64,000 nt of DNA from Candidatus Peribacter sp. UBA6535 (GTDB lineage: Bacteria > Patescibacteriota > Gracilibacteria > Peribacterales > Peribacteraceae): the NCBI GenBank assembly GCA_002436205.1, contig DJKT01000001.1, positions 4,055 through 68,054 on the forward strand, read 5' to 3'. Numbering within the stretch: the stretch's first letter is position 1; every line of letters begins with the position of its first letter. Of the stretch, positions 18,713 to 27,549 are shown in pieces. The position numbers and the translations under genes are program-made. The notes under the pieces were generated by a model. That model saw only the letters and a program-made list of their open reading frames with translations. It was not told the DNA's origin and searched no databases.

Positions 18713-19843
18713 ATGAAGCGAGTAATGGAAATGGCAGCGAAGCGAGAGCTTACGCCGCTAAAGATGGAGCATGGACTACTGTTCGTGCTGGGTGTATGCC
18801 TTATTGCTTTCGGGCAAGAGGTGTACGCGGGAGCAAGTCCCGTTGGGCAGGTGGTGATTCTCATCATCTTTCTGGGCCTACTTGTCGGCATTGCCCCTTT
18901 GCCGATGCCTGTGTTCAAGAGTCTCTTTTGGCAGACGTACTTTGCGGGTCTGCTGAGTGGGGTTTTGGACTCCTTCATTGTTTTGGAGCAGTGTAAGCGG
19001 CTCCGGACAGTCGAGAAAGGGCAGACCAGAGAAGAGGTGATGCATCAGCAGGATAATCAGGAAACAGAAGGCGTCCGAGCGAAGTTGCTCGCACTGTTTA
19101 TGATCGCCGCCCTCGTCGGAGGACTCGTAATATGGTTTGGCGAGGTCTACGCTGCGGGAACGTATCTTAACGATGGAAGGACGGGAATTCTCTCCGCCCT
19201 CTATATCGTTCCCCCGGTGCTGGTGTTTCTCGCCGTCCTCGGATTCCATGCTACCCGATTGCCAATCGAGGTGGTGCCAAACAAGGCAGCGAAAGCAAGC
19301 ATGCGTGACGTCATCGAATTCATTGCAGGTGTGGCAGCCTTGCTGATGACTCACAATCCCTTGCTCTGCCTTGGCGGACTACTGGTGTACTCGGTGCTGA
19401 CTCGGCAAGATGAACATCTTCTGGATGCTTGGAAGCATCATACAGAAGTAAACGTCATGCTGGTGTTACTCGTGGCGCTAATCGCCGGTAGTTGGATCGT
19501 TGCAAATGTGATCTCTCCTCTCGGTCTCGACAAAGGGGAGTACTTGCCCATCATCCCAGCCGGAGTGCAGGCGGTTCTCTGGGGTCCTCTCTACACAGAC
19601 CCGACCGTTCACTTCTGGATGAGGATCACCACCCTAGCAACGGGTGCCCTGATTCTGCCGATCAGTTCTCTGGTCGGCGTGATGCTGTTTAAGTCACTGC
19701 GACAGTGGTGGATGTACATGAAGTACTCCATCCCCTATGCAATCCTGTTCTACCTTCTCATGAGGGGGTGGATCTGGCTGACTCTCGAGTCGCCAGTCGG
19801 GCACGCGTTAGAGCAGTGGGCGCACAGCGGCGGACACCACTAA
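18713..19843 (+). CDS. Polytopic membrane protein (possible transporter), compositionally atypical
   Basis: 376-aa ORF with roughly 9-10 hydrophobic segments, preceded by AGGAGG. GC is clearly higher than in the neighbouring genes. Confidence 0.7.
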   Translation: MKRVMEMAAKRELTPLKMEHGLLFVLGVCLIAFGQEVYAGASPVGQVVILIIFLGLLVGIAPLPMPVFKSLFWQTYFAGLLSGVLDSFIVLEQCKRLRTVEKGQTREEVMHQQDNQETEGVRAKLLALFMIAALVGGLVIWFGEVYAAGTYLNDGRTGILSALYIVPPVLVFLAVLGFHATRLPIEVVPNKAAKASMRDVIEFIAGVAALLMTHNPLLCLGGLLVYSVLTRQDEHLLDAWKHHTEVNVMLVLLVALIAGSWIVANVISPLGLDKGEYLPIIPAGVQAVLWGPLYTDPTVHFWMRITTLATGALILPISSLVGVMLFKSLRQWWMYMKYSIPYAILFYLLMRGWIWLTLESPVGHALEQWAHSGGHH

Positions 19844-19870
19844 AGCCATCATCAAGTCAAAAAACCACGT

Positions 19871-19902
19871 ACCGCTGCCCCAAAAGGGCGGCGGTTTTTT
19901 TG
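19871..19902 (+). terminator. Rho-independent terminator
   Basis: ACCGCTGCCC-CAAAA-GGGCGGCGGT stem-loop followed by T8. Confidence 0.8.
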
Positions 19903-19904
19903 TT

Positions 19905-21416
19905 ATGCGCTACAATCACTCTGTGAACGCAAAGCGCTTCCACCAACTCAGCACATTTCTTCTGATAGCCGCCATACTCGTTGCAGCGGTGGGACTTCTT
20001 TCTCGTGTGTGGTACGAACTTTCTTCCGGTGTACTGCATGGTGATGCGCAGATCTTTCAGACCGTGGCGCGCGGGATGTTAAATGGACTTACGCCGTATG
20101 CGGATTTGTTTGAGACCAAGCCTCCCGGAATATTTTTACTGCATGCACTATCCCTTAAACTTTTTGGGAACCAGTTTTTAGTAAAACTTTTGCAGGCAAT
20201 TGCCCTTCTGGGAATTCCAATTCTTGTGGTCGTTCCATCTATCACTTTTGTGCAAGATCGCACAAGCGTGCAGCGAAGAATTATCAGTTTAACTTCTATA
20301 CTTTTTGGATTACTTCTTGCGCTGTATACAGCCAATCAAGCAGGGGAAGGACTGACAGAAAGTTATGGTGCATTCTTCGCAATTACATTCTTTATTGTTC
20401 TGATTACACATCATAAATCACGAATATCTCGATCAATCATTCTCGGTATTTTGATGTTGCTTTCTGTCGGACTTAAAGAGCCGTTTCTCCTTATCATTCT
20501 TGCAGGGGTACTTCTTCTCAAAAAAGATCTTCTCACTTCATTCTTTTATCCATTTTGCATTGCAGTAGTTCTTGGATTTATTGCATTACTTGCACTCGGA
20601 CTTGCTGCACCGTTCTTTCAGATTTATCTGCCACATATGCTGGGGTATCACGTTGTGCAACATAAAGGTAGTTTGTTTGTGTATGCACTGGAGGTGTGGA
20701 GGACGTTTATTAATATAGGGGCGTACTCGTGGTGGCTTGCCATTGGTATTACAGGTCTTTGGTTAGCTGTTTTTGTTCGCATGAGGGCAGTTGGCAGTTG
20801 GCAGTTGGCAGTTAGCTGGCTCGTTGGTTCGTATTTGATGTTTATAGCTATCGCTACCGGTGGAGACTTCTACGGACATCATTTTATTTTTGCTGTGCCG
20901 CTTTACATTGTGTTTTGGTGGGTGCTTTTGCAGCATCTTCCCGAGAAAGTTTCTCCCATCATCGTTTCGGGTTTTGTTGCTTTGCTTGTGGCAACATCAT
21001 TTCTGAGTACGCGTTTTTCTTATAAGGCGTCAGCTCAGTCTTGGAACAAGAGTGAGCAGGAGATGAAGAGCGTTGCTGCAGTGGTAGATACGGTTATGGA
21101 GCGCTGCAATTGGGAGAAGTATTTGCAGATGATTCCGCGTGGAGGAGGGCCCTATGCGTACACAAAGACAAGTCCGTATGGTCCTATCTTCGTGCATTAC
21201 TCAAGGTTTATAGGAGCAAATCCGCTGTATCAGTCAGCATATATTCGTGCTCTTAAAAACACTGAGATAGCGTTGGTGCAAGACATCGAAAATAGTAATT
21301 TCACAGAATACACGTTGCAGTATGTACGATCGAATTTTACCAATGTGCCACCTGCATGTGTGGGGGGTGATTTTGAGCAACCTGCACCATTTCAACTGCT
21401 CTTCCGTCGAAGCTAA
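19905..21416 (+). CDS. GT-C fold glycosyltransferase (ArnT/PMT-like)
   Basis: 503 aa with more than 10 TM segments. The N-terminal loop motif YADLFETKPPG is typical of the ArnT/PMT_2 family. Confidence 0.75.
   Translation: MRYNHSVNAKRFHQLSTFLLIAAILVAAVGLLSRVWYELSSGVLHGDAQIFQTVARGMLNGLTPYADLFETKPPGIFLLHALSLKLFGNQFLVKLLQAIALLGIPILVVVPSITFVQDRTSVQRRIISLTSILFGLLLALYTANQAGEGLTESYGAFFAITFFIVLITHHKSRISRSIILGILMLLSVGLKEPFLLIILAGVLLLKKDLLTSFFYPFCIAVVLGFIALLALGLAAPFFQIYLPHMLGYHVVQHKGSLFVYALEVWRTFINIGAYSWWLAIGITGLWLAVFVRMRAVGSWQLAVSWLVGSYLMFIAIATGGDFYGHHFIFAVPLYIVFWWVLLQHLPEKVSPIIVSGFVALLVATSFLSTRFSYKASAQSWNKSEQEMKSVAAVVDTVMERCNWEKYLQMIPRGGGPYAYTKTSPYGPIFVHYSRFIGANPLYQSAYIRALKNTEIALVQDIENSNFTEYTLQYVRSNFTNVPPACVGGDFEQPAPFQLLFRRS
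20787..20818. repeat. (GCAGTTG)x3-GCAGTTAGCTG element inside the GT-C gene
   Basis: Perfect heptamer triplet. 33 nt (20786-20818) match 30966-30998 with one mismatch. Translated as AVGSWQLAVSW. Confidence 0.9.
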
Positions 21417-21440
21417 GGGGTATGGTAGGATTATGTACTG

Positions 21441-23729
21441 TTGGATCAGGAGCCCATTAGCAATCAAGCACTACTGATGATTGGAACAATTACTGCAGTA
21501 GTTGTCGCTATTTATGTTGGAAACTGGCAGGCAGATTTACTTGCACAGACTGCTGGAGGTGTTCCGGGATTTTCGACATGTGGCAATGGTGTATGTGAAA
21601 AGGGAGAGGATGAAATCGTGTGTCCCAGCTGTGCAGTTGATGCAGCGGGGCAGCCCCTTGGCAATTGCCCTCCATGTCAGATGGTATGTCCGCAGGATTG
21701 TAAAGATGACAGAGATCCTCCTGTCTGTGTGACAGTGGATTGTCAGGCACCACCTCAAAATTGCAAATATGTGGATATCAAGTTCGAAGGAAATTGTCAG
21801 GTGAACTGTGGTCGTCTGGAGTGCGAACCTGTTTGTGGGAATGGAAAGTGTGAAGAAGGAGAGAATGTTGATAACTGTAAAGAGGATTGTCGGATAATCT
21901 GCCCTTCTATCCTATGTGCTGCTCCACCACAGGGGTGCAAGTATGTAGATCCGAGAGAAGATGAAGATGGCTGCCAGACGAGTTGCGGAACAGTTGTCTG
22001 CCCTTCAACGGCAACGTGTGGCAATGGTAAGTGTGAAGAGGGCGAAGCAGATTTTGTCGATGGAGGCGGTTGCGGACCTAATTCGGATCCAGAGTGTCTC
22101 GGGCCTCCTGCGCAATTTATCAAGGGTACGTGTCCGAATGATTGTGAGGCACCACAACATATCGATCGTTGTGCCACGATGTTCTGTCCAAATGGATGCA
22201 AAGATGGAGAATGTATCCAGCCTTCAGCACCACAGGTTTGTCATTACAATGGAGGGGTGTATCACATCGGGGACAGGTTCAAAGATGATGATGGATGTAA
22301 TACCTGTTTCTGCGAAGAGAATGGCTCAGTCTCTTGTACAGAGATGGCGTGTGTCGATGATGACGATGATGCGATAGCTGCAGAACACTTCCGTCGTGTT
22401 CAATTTGGATGTCGAGATGGATCGGTGTTTAACGAGGGGGGTCCTACATCATGTAAGTCACGCATGGAGTGGAATAATTATGTTATAGAAACGTGTAGGA
22501 ATCGTTGTGATGCTCAAGGATGTGGTGAGACTGCATCGAATGTGTATGAATTCTGTGGAGGTAGCGATAATGGAGGTACCGAAGTCTGTATTTCTGGAGG
22601 GCAGAAATATTATCCAGGCGAAAGTTTTATAGCACCGGACGGCTGTAATAAATGTCATTGTGATGAGAATGGAAATGCAGCATGTACGAGAATGGCGTGT
22701 CCCGATCGTCCAATAATAGAATGCGAAGTGGATAGACAGTGTAACGCAGGAGAGGTGTGTATGGGTGGGGATTGCATCAGGAGAAATCCAGGAGGGAATG
22801 ACTACACGTGTATTTCTAGCAACGACTGTAATGCGGGGTATGTCTGCTCTGCAGAGTTTGGCGATTGCATGTCTGCATGTCCCCCTGGTGCAGAGGTCTG
22901 CCCGGATGTTTGTGCAGGATTTTGTATGCGTAAAGAGTTTGCATTCCCAGAGGTATTGCAGAAATGCGAGTTTTCAGATGAGTGCCCCAATGGTCGTATC
23001 TGTACGAAGAATGTTCAATTTGATTGCCTAGAAGAGTGTCCTTTGTCAGGTGATATTTGCGCTGTTCTCTGTGACGGACGTTGTATCATCCCTGATATCG
23101 ATGGAGATGAAGACGATTGGCAACCTCAAGATCACAATGAGTGGAGCAATCAACAGTATTCGGATTACGAAGATGAAGTACGAACCGCACCAATAGAGAG
23201 TCGATTCCGTGATATCGATTCAAGTACCTTAGAAGGTGTGGCAGCGAATGCTTTGGCAAACGAAGGTGTGATTGGTGGATTCCCTGATGGAACGTTCCGC
23301 GGAGGTCAGCCGGTGAATCGTGCAGAAGCTGCGAAGTTCTTACTTCTTGCGCGCTTTGGCCATGTAGGAGACGAGCGTAATGATGGCCTCTTCTTCGATG
23401 TTCTGGAAGGTGAGTGGTATGTGAAGTATGTCATCGCTGCTGCTGAGTTTGGTATCATCTCTGGTTATGCAGATGGAACATTTAGGCCTGCTAACACAGT
23501 AAATACTGCTGAATTCCTCAAGATGCTGAGTGAGGCATTCGGTCTCCCACAAGATCTTGCCCATAATTATGCAGATGTGCCGCGTGGTGCTTGGTTTGCA
23601 CAGTATGCAGGAGCAGCTCAGCTCTTCGATCTGTTCCCAGGACGCCCAACAGGGCAATTGCAGCCAGAGAGGCTACTGACTCGAGGTGAGGTGGCAATTG
23701 CGATCTACAAATTGATGGAGAATCAGTAG
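21441..23729 (+). CDS. Cys-rich secreted modular protein with three C-terminal SLH domains
   Basis: N-terminal TM/signal anchor, repeated CGNGKCEEGE modules, two VWC-like modules, and C-terminal SLH repeats (GFPDGTFRGGQPVNRAE, GYADGTFRPANTVNTAE). The start may be TTG 21441 or ATG 21477. Confidence 0.8.
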   Translation: MDQEPISNQALLMIGTITAVVVAIYVGNWQADLLAQTAGGVPGFSTCGNGVCEKGEDEIVCPSCAVDAAGQPLGNCPPCQMVCPQDCKDDRDPPVCVTVDCQAPPQNCKYVDIKFEGNCQVNCGRLECEPVCGNGKCEEGENVDNCKEDCRIICPSILCAAPPQGCKYVDPREDEDGCQTSCGTVVCPSTATCGNGKCEEGEADFVDGGGCGPNSDPECLGPPAQFIKGTCPNDCEAPQHIDRCATMFCPNGCKDGECIQPSAPQVCHYNGGVYHIGDRFKDDDGCNTCFCEENGSVSCTEMACVDDDDDAIAAEHFRRVQFGCRDGSVFNEGGPTSCKSRMEWNNYVIETCRNRCDAQGCGETASNVYEFCGGSDNGGTEVCISGGQKYYPGESFIAPDGCNKCHCDENGNAACTRMACPDRPIIECEVDRQCNAGEVCMGGDCIRRNPGGNDYTCISSNDCNAGYVCSAEFGDCMSACPPGAEVCPDVCAGFCMRKEFAFPEVLQKCEFSDECPNGRICTKNVQFDCLEECPLSGDICAVLCDGRCIIPDIDGDEDDWQPQDHNEWSNQQYSDYEDEVRTAPIESRFRDIDSSTLEGVAANALANEGVIGGFPDGTFRGGQPVNRAEAAKFLLLARFGHVGDERNDGLFFDVLEGEWYVKYVIAAAEFGIISGYADGTFRPANTVNTAEFLKMLSEAFGLPQDLAHNYADVPRGAWFAQYAGAAQLFDLFPGRPTGQLQPERLLTRGEVAIAIYKLMENQ

Positions 23730-23749
23730 GAATCGTCTAGACTAAGCGC

Positions 23750-24409
23750 ATGCCTATCGCCTCTGACCGTATTTTGTATGAAGACGAGCACCTGCTTGCT
23801 GTAAACAAGTTGTGCGGAGAGTTAGTGGTCAAAGGAAAGGGGAAGGTGGGGAAGTTACCTCTGCTTGATTTTTTGAAGCAAGACTACCCAGGAATCAAGG
23901 CAATTCATCGCTTGGACTTTGAGACTTCTGGAGTAGTGGTATTTGCAAAAAATGCTGAAGTAGAGCGCAAAATTCTGAGTAACAAATTTGATCAATGGAG
24001 GAAGACATACACTGCATTACTTATGGGAAGGATCGCAAAAAAGCAGGGTGCCATCAGAAAGAAACTTCCAGCTCGAGAAAGAGGATTGGTGGAGGCCGAG
24101 ACCTTGTATACCGTTCTTGATTTGTTTGGGAATTCCACTCTTGTTGAGTGCGTTATTACCACCGGTCGACATCATCAGATCCGTCGACACTTTGCGAGCA
24201 TAGATCATCCTCTTGTACTCGACCGTGAGTACGGACATGGAAAATTTAATCAACTGTTTCGCCAAGAGCTTGGGTTTTCTAAATTCTTTTTGCATGCTGC
24301 AGAGATTTCGTTTCCACATCCGATGACAGAAGAGATTGTACGCATAAAAGCACCGATGCCGAAGTCATTTGCGGCATGTGTAAAGAAGCTGCGTACGTTG
24401 GCTCAGTAG
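23750..24409 (+). CDS. RluA-family pseudouridine synthase
   Basis: HRLDFETSGVVVFAK catalytic-Asp motif and TGRHHQIRRHF motif. No S4 domain. Confidence 0.9.
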   Translation: MPIASDRILYEDEHLLAVNKLCGELVVKGKGKVGKLPLLDFLKQDYPGIKAIHRLDFETSGVVVFAKNAEVERKILSNKFDQWRKTYTALLMGRIAKKQGAIRKKLPARERGLVEAETLYTVLDLFGNSTLVECVITTGRHHQIRRHFASIDHPLVLDREYGHGKFNQLFRQELGFSKFFLHAAEISFPHPMTEEIVRIKAPMPKSFAACVKKLRTLAQ

Positions 24410-24453
24410 AGAAAATGTTCGCGAATGTCGCTTTAGTTGCTACAATCTGAAGC

Positions 24454-25410
24454 ATGAAAGTCTTATCTGCTATGCAATCCAGCGGCACGCTTCATCTCGG
24501 AAATTATCTCGGGTCTATGTTGCCCAATTGTGAGTACCAAGATACAGCGGAACAAACCTTCTATTTTATTGTAGATTTACATGCACTCACGACATTGCAT
24601 GATGCAGACCTCTTGAGAAAATATCGCCAGGATGCAGCTCGAGATTATCTTGCTGCAGGATTTGATCCCGAAAAAGCAATCATCTTTTTTCAGTCATACG
24701 TGCCTCAGCACACGGAGTTGCAATGGATACTTTCTACGCTTACACCTATGGGTTTGCTCGAGAGGTCCGTAAGTTATAAAGACAAAGTACAAAAAGGACT
24801 GGATACGAATGCGGGACTGTTTATGTATCCCGTTCTCATGGCAGCAGATATTCTTTTGTATGATGTAGATCGAATTCCTGTGGGGAAAGATCAAAAACAA
24901 CACGTTGAGATGGCGCGAGATATAGCGCAGAAGTTTAATAATGCCTTTGGAGAAACCTTTGTACTTCCGGAGCCTGAGGTTCGAGAAAATGTGGCTGTGG
25001 TCCCTGGTACCGATGGCCAAAAAATGAGTAAGAGTTACGGCAACACTATTCCGCTTTTTGGTGATGAGAAGGCGATACAAAAGGCGATAATGGGAGTAGT
25101 AACTGATAGTAAAGACAAGGATGATCCGAAAGACCCTGACTCCTGTGTGATCTATCAGATTCATAAGCTTCTACTACCTGAAGGAGAGGCCTCTTCGTTG
25201 GCTGATGAATACAAAAACGGGCTCCCGTATGGTGATGCCAAAAAGAAGCTCTTCGAAACCTATATGGATTATTTCGGTGAAATGCGTAAAAAACATGAAT
25301 CTTTGAAGGAGGCTTATCTGTCAGATGTATTAGAGGAGGGGGCTAAAAAGGCTCGAGAAGTAGCAGGGCCCAAGATGGAAGTAGTAAAAAAGGCCGTCGG
25401 ATTGCTGTAG
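24454..25410 (+). CDS. trpS: Tryptophan--tRNA ligase
   Basis: SGTLHLGNYLG (HIGH-like) and KMSKSYGN (KMSKS) motifs. Its 318 aa is typical of TrpRS. Confidence 0.95.
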   Translation: MKVLSAMQSSGTLHLGNYLGSMLPNCEYQDTAEQTFYFIVDLHALTTLHDADLLRKYRQDAARDYLAAGFDPEKAIIFFQSYVPQHTELQWILSTLTPMGLLERSVSYKDKVQKGLDTNAGLFMYPVLMAADILLYDVDRIPVGKDQKQHVEMARDIAQKFNNAFGETFVLPEPEVRENVAVVPGTDGQKMSKSYGNTIPLFGDEKAIQKAIMGVVTDSKDKDDPKDPDSCVIYQIHKLLLPEGEASSLADEYKNGLPYGDAKKKLFETYMDYFGEMRKKHESLKEAYLSDVLEEGAKKAREVAGPKMEVVKKAVGLL

Positions 25411-25492
25411 AGGCTAATATTTACGGTAGAATCGCTGATTGATCAGTTTTTCTATTTCTGCTATACTAATACGAAACATACACAAAACCCTT

Positions 25493-26245
25493 ATGCCTAA
25501 AAAGACACAGAATACAGCTCACGTTTCCCGCGCTCTCGTCGCGGCACTCATTGGCGTTATCGCTATCCCAACTGCGATAACCGGTCTTTTCCAGTCTATT
25601 GATGACGATGGTATCAATACAGTTCCTGTTATTGATCTCCGTCATAGGGCTTTGAATGATGCATCTCGTGTGCGTTACGTTCGTCGCAATTACTGGAGGG
25701 CAGTGGGTATTTACAATGAGCTTGTCCGTCTTGGTGTAGAAGATCTTTCACCACCGGATATCAACGATAACGATAGTATCAACTACTACCTTGACCCAGA
25801 AAACTTTGCAGCTGTAGAAGGATTTGGAGCAACAGTACATGCAGCCGCTCCTCTTGGAGAAGGTGATGGATACGTCTCTTCTATTTCTGAAGCACAGAGG
25901 GAGTATAACAATCTTGCAGAACGATACCGTGATCTTCTAGATGGCTATATGACTACGCGATTTTGTCCTGGAACGCTTAGACAATATCATTTGGCAGGAT
26001 TCTATGAGCTTTGCAACACATTGCTCGATGAACACATTGCAGGATTACAACCCAGTCTCCTTGAGCGCTCCTCATACTTGCGCGGATTCAATTCTGTTGG
26101 TTTTGCACCACTGCGAACGCTACGCAACCGTTTGGAGGTTCTTGAAGAGTCTTTGATCTATGAGGGTGGAACATCAGTTCGCCCACGTACACATAGTGGA
26201 TTCCGTCCAAGACCCGATTACTCTGATCTTCGTACCGGTCGATAA
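25493..26245 (+). CDS. Membrane-anchored hypothetical protein, paralog A
   Basis: ORF 25439-26245 trimmed to ATG 25493. It has an N-terminal TM and shares several collinear motifs with the next gene. Confidence 0.6.
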   Translation: MPKKTQNTAHVSRALVAALIGVIAIPTAITGLFQSIDDDGINTVPVIDLRHRALNDASRVRYVRRNYWRAVGIYNELVRLGVEDLSPPDINDNDSINYYLDPENFAAVEGFGATVHAAAPLGEGDGYVSSISEAQREYNNLAERYRDLLDGYMTTRFCPGTLRQYHLAGFYELCNTLLDEHIAGLQPSLLERSSYLRGFNSVGFAPLRTLRNRLEVLEESLIYEGGTSVRPRTHSGFRPRPDYSDLRTGR

Positions 26246-26928
26246 TGAAACGTCATCCGTATGCCGCTCATAGGCTGATGATGGCATTGCTGGTAGGTAT
26301 TGTGGCTGTGCCCATTACATCCACTGCTTTATTTATTCGTCAGGAGATTACTCCACAGGATGTCACTGCTGAGGAGCTTCGCAAGAGTGCACTTGGAGAT
26401 CGTAGTAGGCTTCGTGCTCAGCGAAGACTTTACTGGCAGGTGATAGAGCGTATGGAATCTGGAAAAATAGATATTGAAAAACCAGATATTAACGATACAG
26501 ATACTCTGCAAAATGCTATGGAGGATCCTGAAGAGGAGGTACATGAGGCAGCTCCTGCTCCGGTGAATTCGCTTACTACCAATCAGCTCAATACTCAGGA
26601 TAGAAGTCTACTTCGTCGATATACTCGTGCAGGCTTCTGCCCTACTGCCCTTCAGAATTTCCGCATCCCAGGGTTCTATCAGCTTTGCGTTTCTCTTGTT
26701 GGAGCTTCGGTAAAGTCTGATCCTATTCGAGGACTTCTCAATCACAATGCACATTTGTATCGTATCTTGCGCCCATCTGCTCCAAATATTGGTGGATTTA
26801 AGCTGCGTATGCAGATGATGCAAGAGGCACGTGATCGCAGTACACGACGTGAATCCAGTGCTCTCCCCGGTCGTCCTACAACGTGTGTGATGAATTTGGA
26901 TTGTCAGATGCCTCGATATAATAATTAG
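26245..26928 (+). CDS. Membrane-anchored hypothetical protein, paralog B
   Basis: The start overlaps the stop of paralog A (TAATG). It shares PDINDxD, VH(A/E)AAP and FCP..L....(A/P)GFY(E/Q)LC motifs with paralog A. Confidence 0.6.
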   Translation: MKRHPYAAHRLMMALLVGIVAVPITSTALFIRQEITPQDVTAEELRKSALGDRSRLRAQRRLYWQVIERMESGKIDIEKPDINDTDTLQNAMEDPEEEVHEAAPAPVNSLTTNQLNTQDRSLLRRYTRAGFCPTALQNFRIPGFYQLCVSLVGASVKSDPIRGLLNHNAHLYRILRPSAPNIGGFKLRMQMMQEARDRSTRRESSALPGRPTTCVMNLDCQMPRYNN

Positions 26929-26954
26929 GGCTAGGGCTGGGGCTATGGCTAGGA
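26927..26954. repeat. Degenerate heptamer array AGGGCTA-GGGCTGG-GGCTATG-GCTAGGA
   Basis: 7-nt periodicity in the spacer before maf. Confidence 0.6.
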
Positions 26955-26967
26955 GTATACTTTTTGT

Positions 26968-27549
26968 GTGTCTCAGCATTTGGTTTTAGCATCGGCAAGT
27001 CCACAGCGAAAACGTTTGATGGAAGGATTGGGATTAACCTTCGAGGTGCATCCCAGTGATTTTGATGAGAGTAGCTGTGAAGAAGAAAACCCCATTGAGC
27101 GCTGTAAGCATCTGGCTGCTCACAAGGCGCAAGAAGTGAATGAGCGTTTCCCGGATAGTTTTGTTATTGGAAGTGACACTCTTGTGGTCTCTGCGGATGG
27201 AGAACTTTTGGAAAAAGCACCGGATGACAAAGCGGCACGGCAGATGGTAGGAAAGCTTTCGGGTAGAACATGCATAGTGCATTCCGGTTTATCAATATTT
27301 GATCCTCAACAGAAACACTTTGATGGTGTGTGCTCCTCTGAGGTGCGATTTGCGAAGTTGAGCGATGATGAGCTTGCGTGGTGGATTGGGACCGGTCTTT
27401 GGAAAGATCGTTCAGGATCCTTTCAAATAGATGGACCTGGACAGTTTATGATCGAAGAGATTCATGGAGACTGGAGCAGTATTGTTGGGCTTCCGGTGTA
27501 TCTTTTGGGAGATCTTTTGAAGAAGGCGGGATATCACATTTTTGTTTGA
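26968..27549 (+). CDS. maf: Maf-like nucleoside triphosphate pyrophosphatase
   Basis: GTG start, LVLASASPQRKRLMEGLGL, and the typical Maf length and pattern (IGSDT, GAFQIDG-like SFQIDG). Confidence 0.9.
   Translation: MSQHLVLASASPQRKRLMEGLGLTFEVHPSDFDESSCEEENPIERCKHLAAHKAQEVNERFPDSFVIGSDTLVVSADGELLEKAPDDKAARQMVGKLSGRTCIVHSGLSIFDPQQKHFDGVCSSEVRFAKLSDDELAWWIGTGLWKDRSGSFQIDGPGQFMIEEIHGDWSSIVGLPVYLLGDLLKKAGYHIFV

Noticed and set aside
18713-19902. Prophage or IS element as an explanation for the high-GC segment.
   Set aside because: The segment holds a single membrane-protein gene, with no integrase, transposase, terminal inverted repeats or flanking direct repeats visible. It is kept only as a possible horizontally acquired gene.
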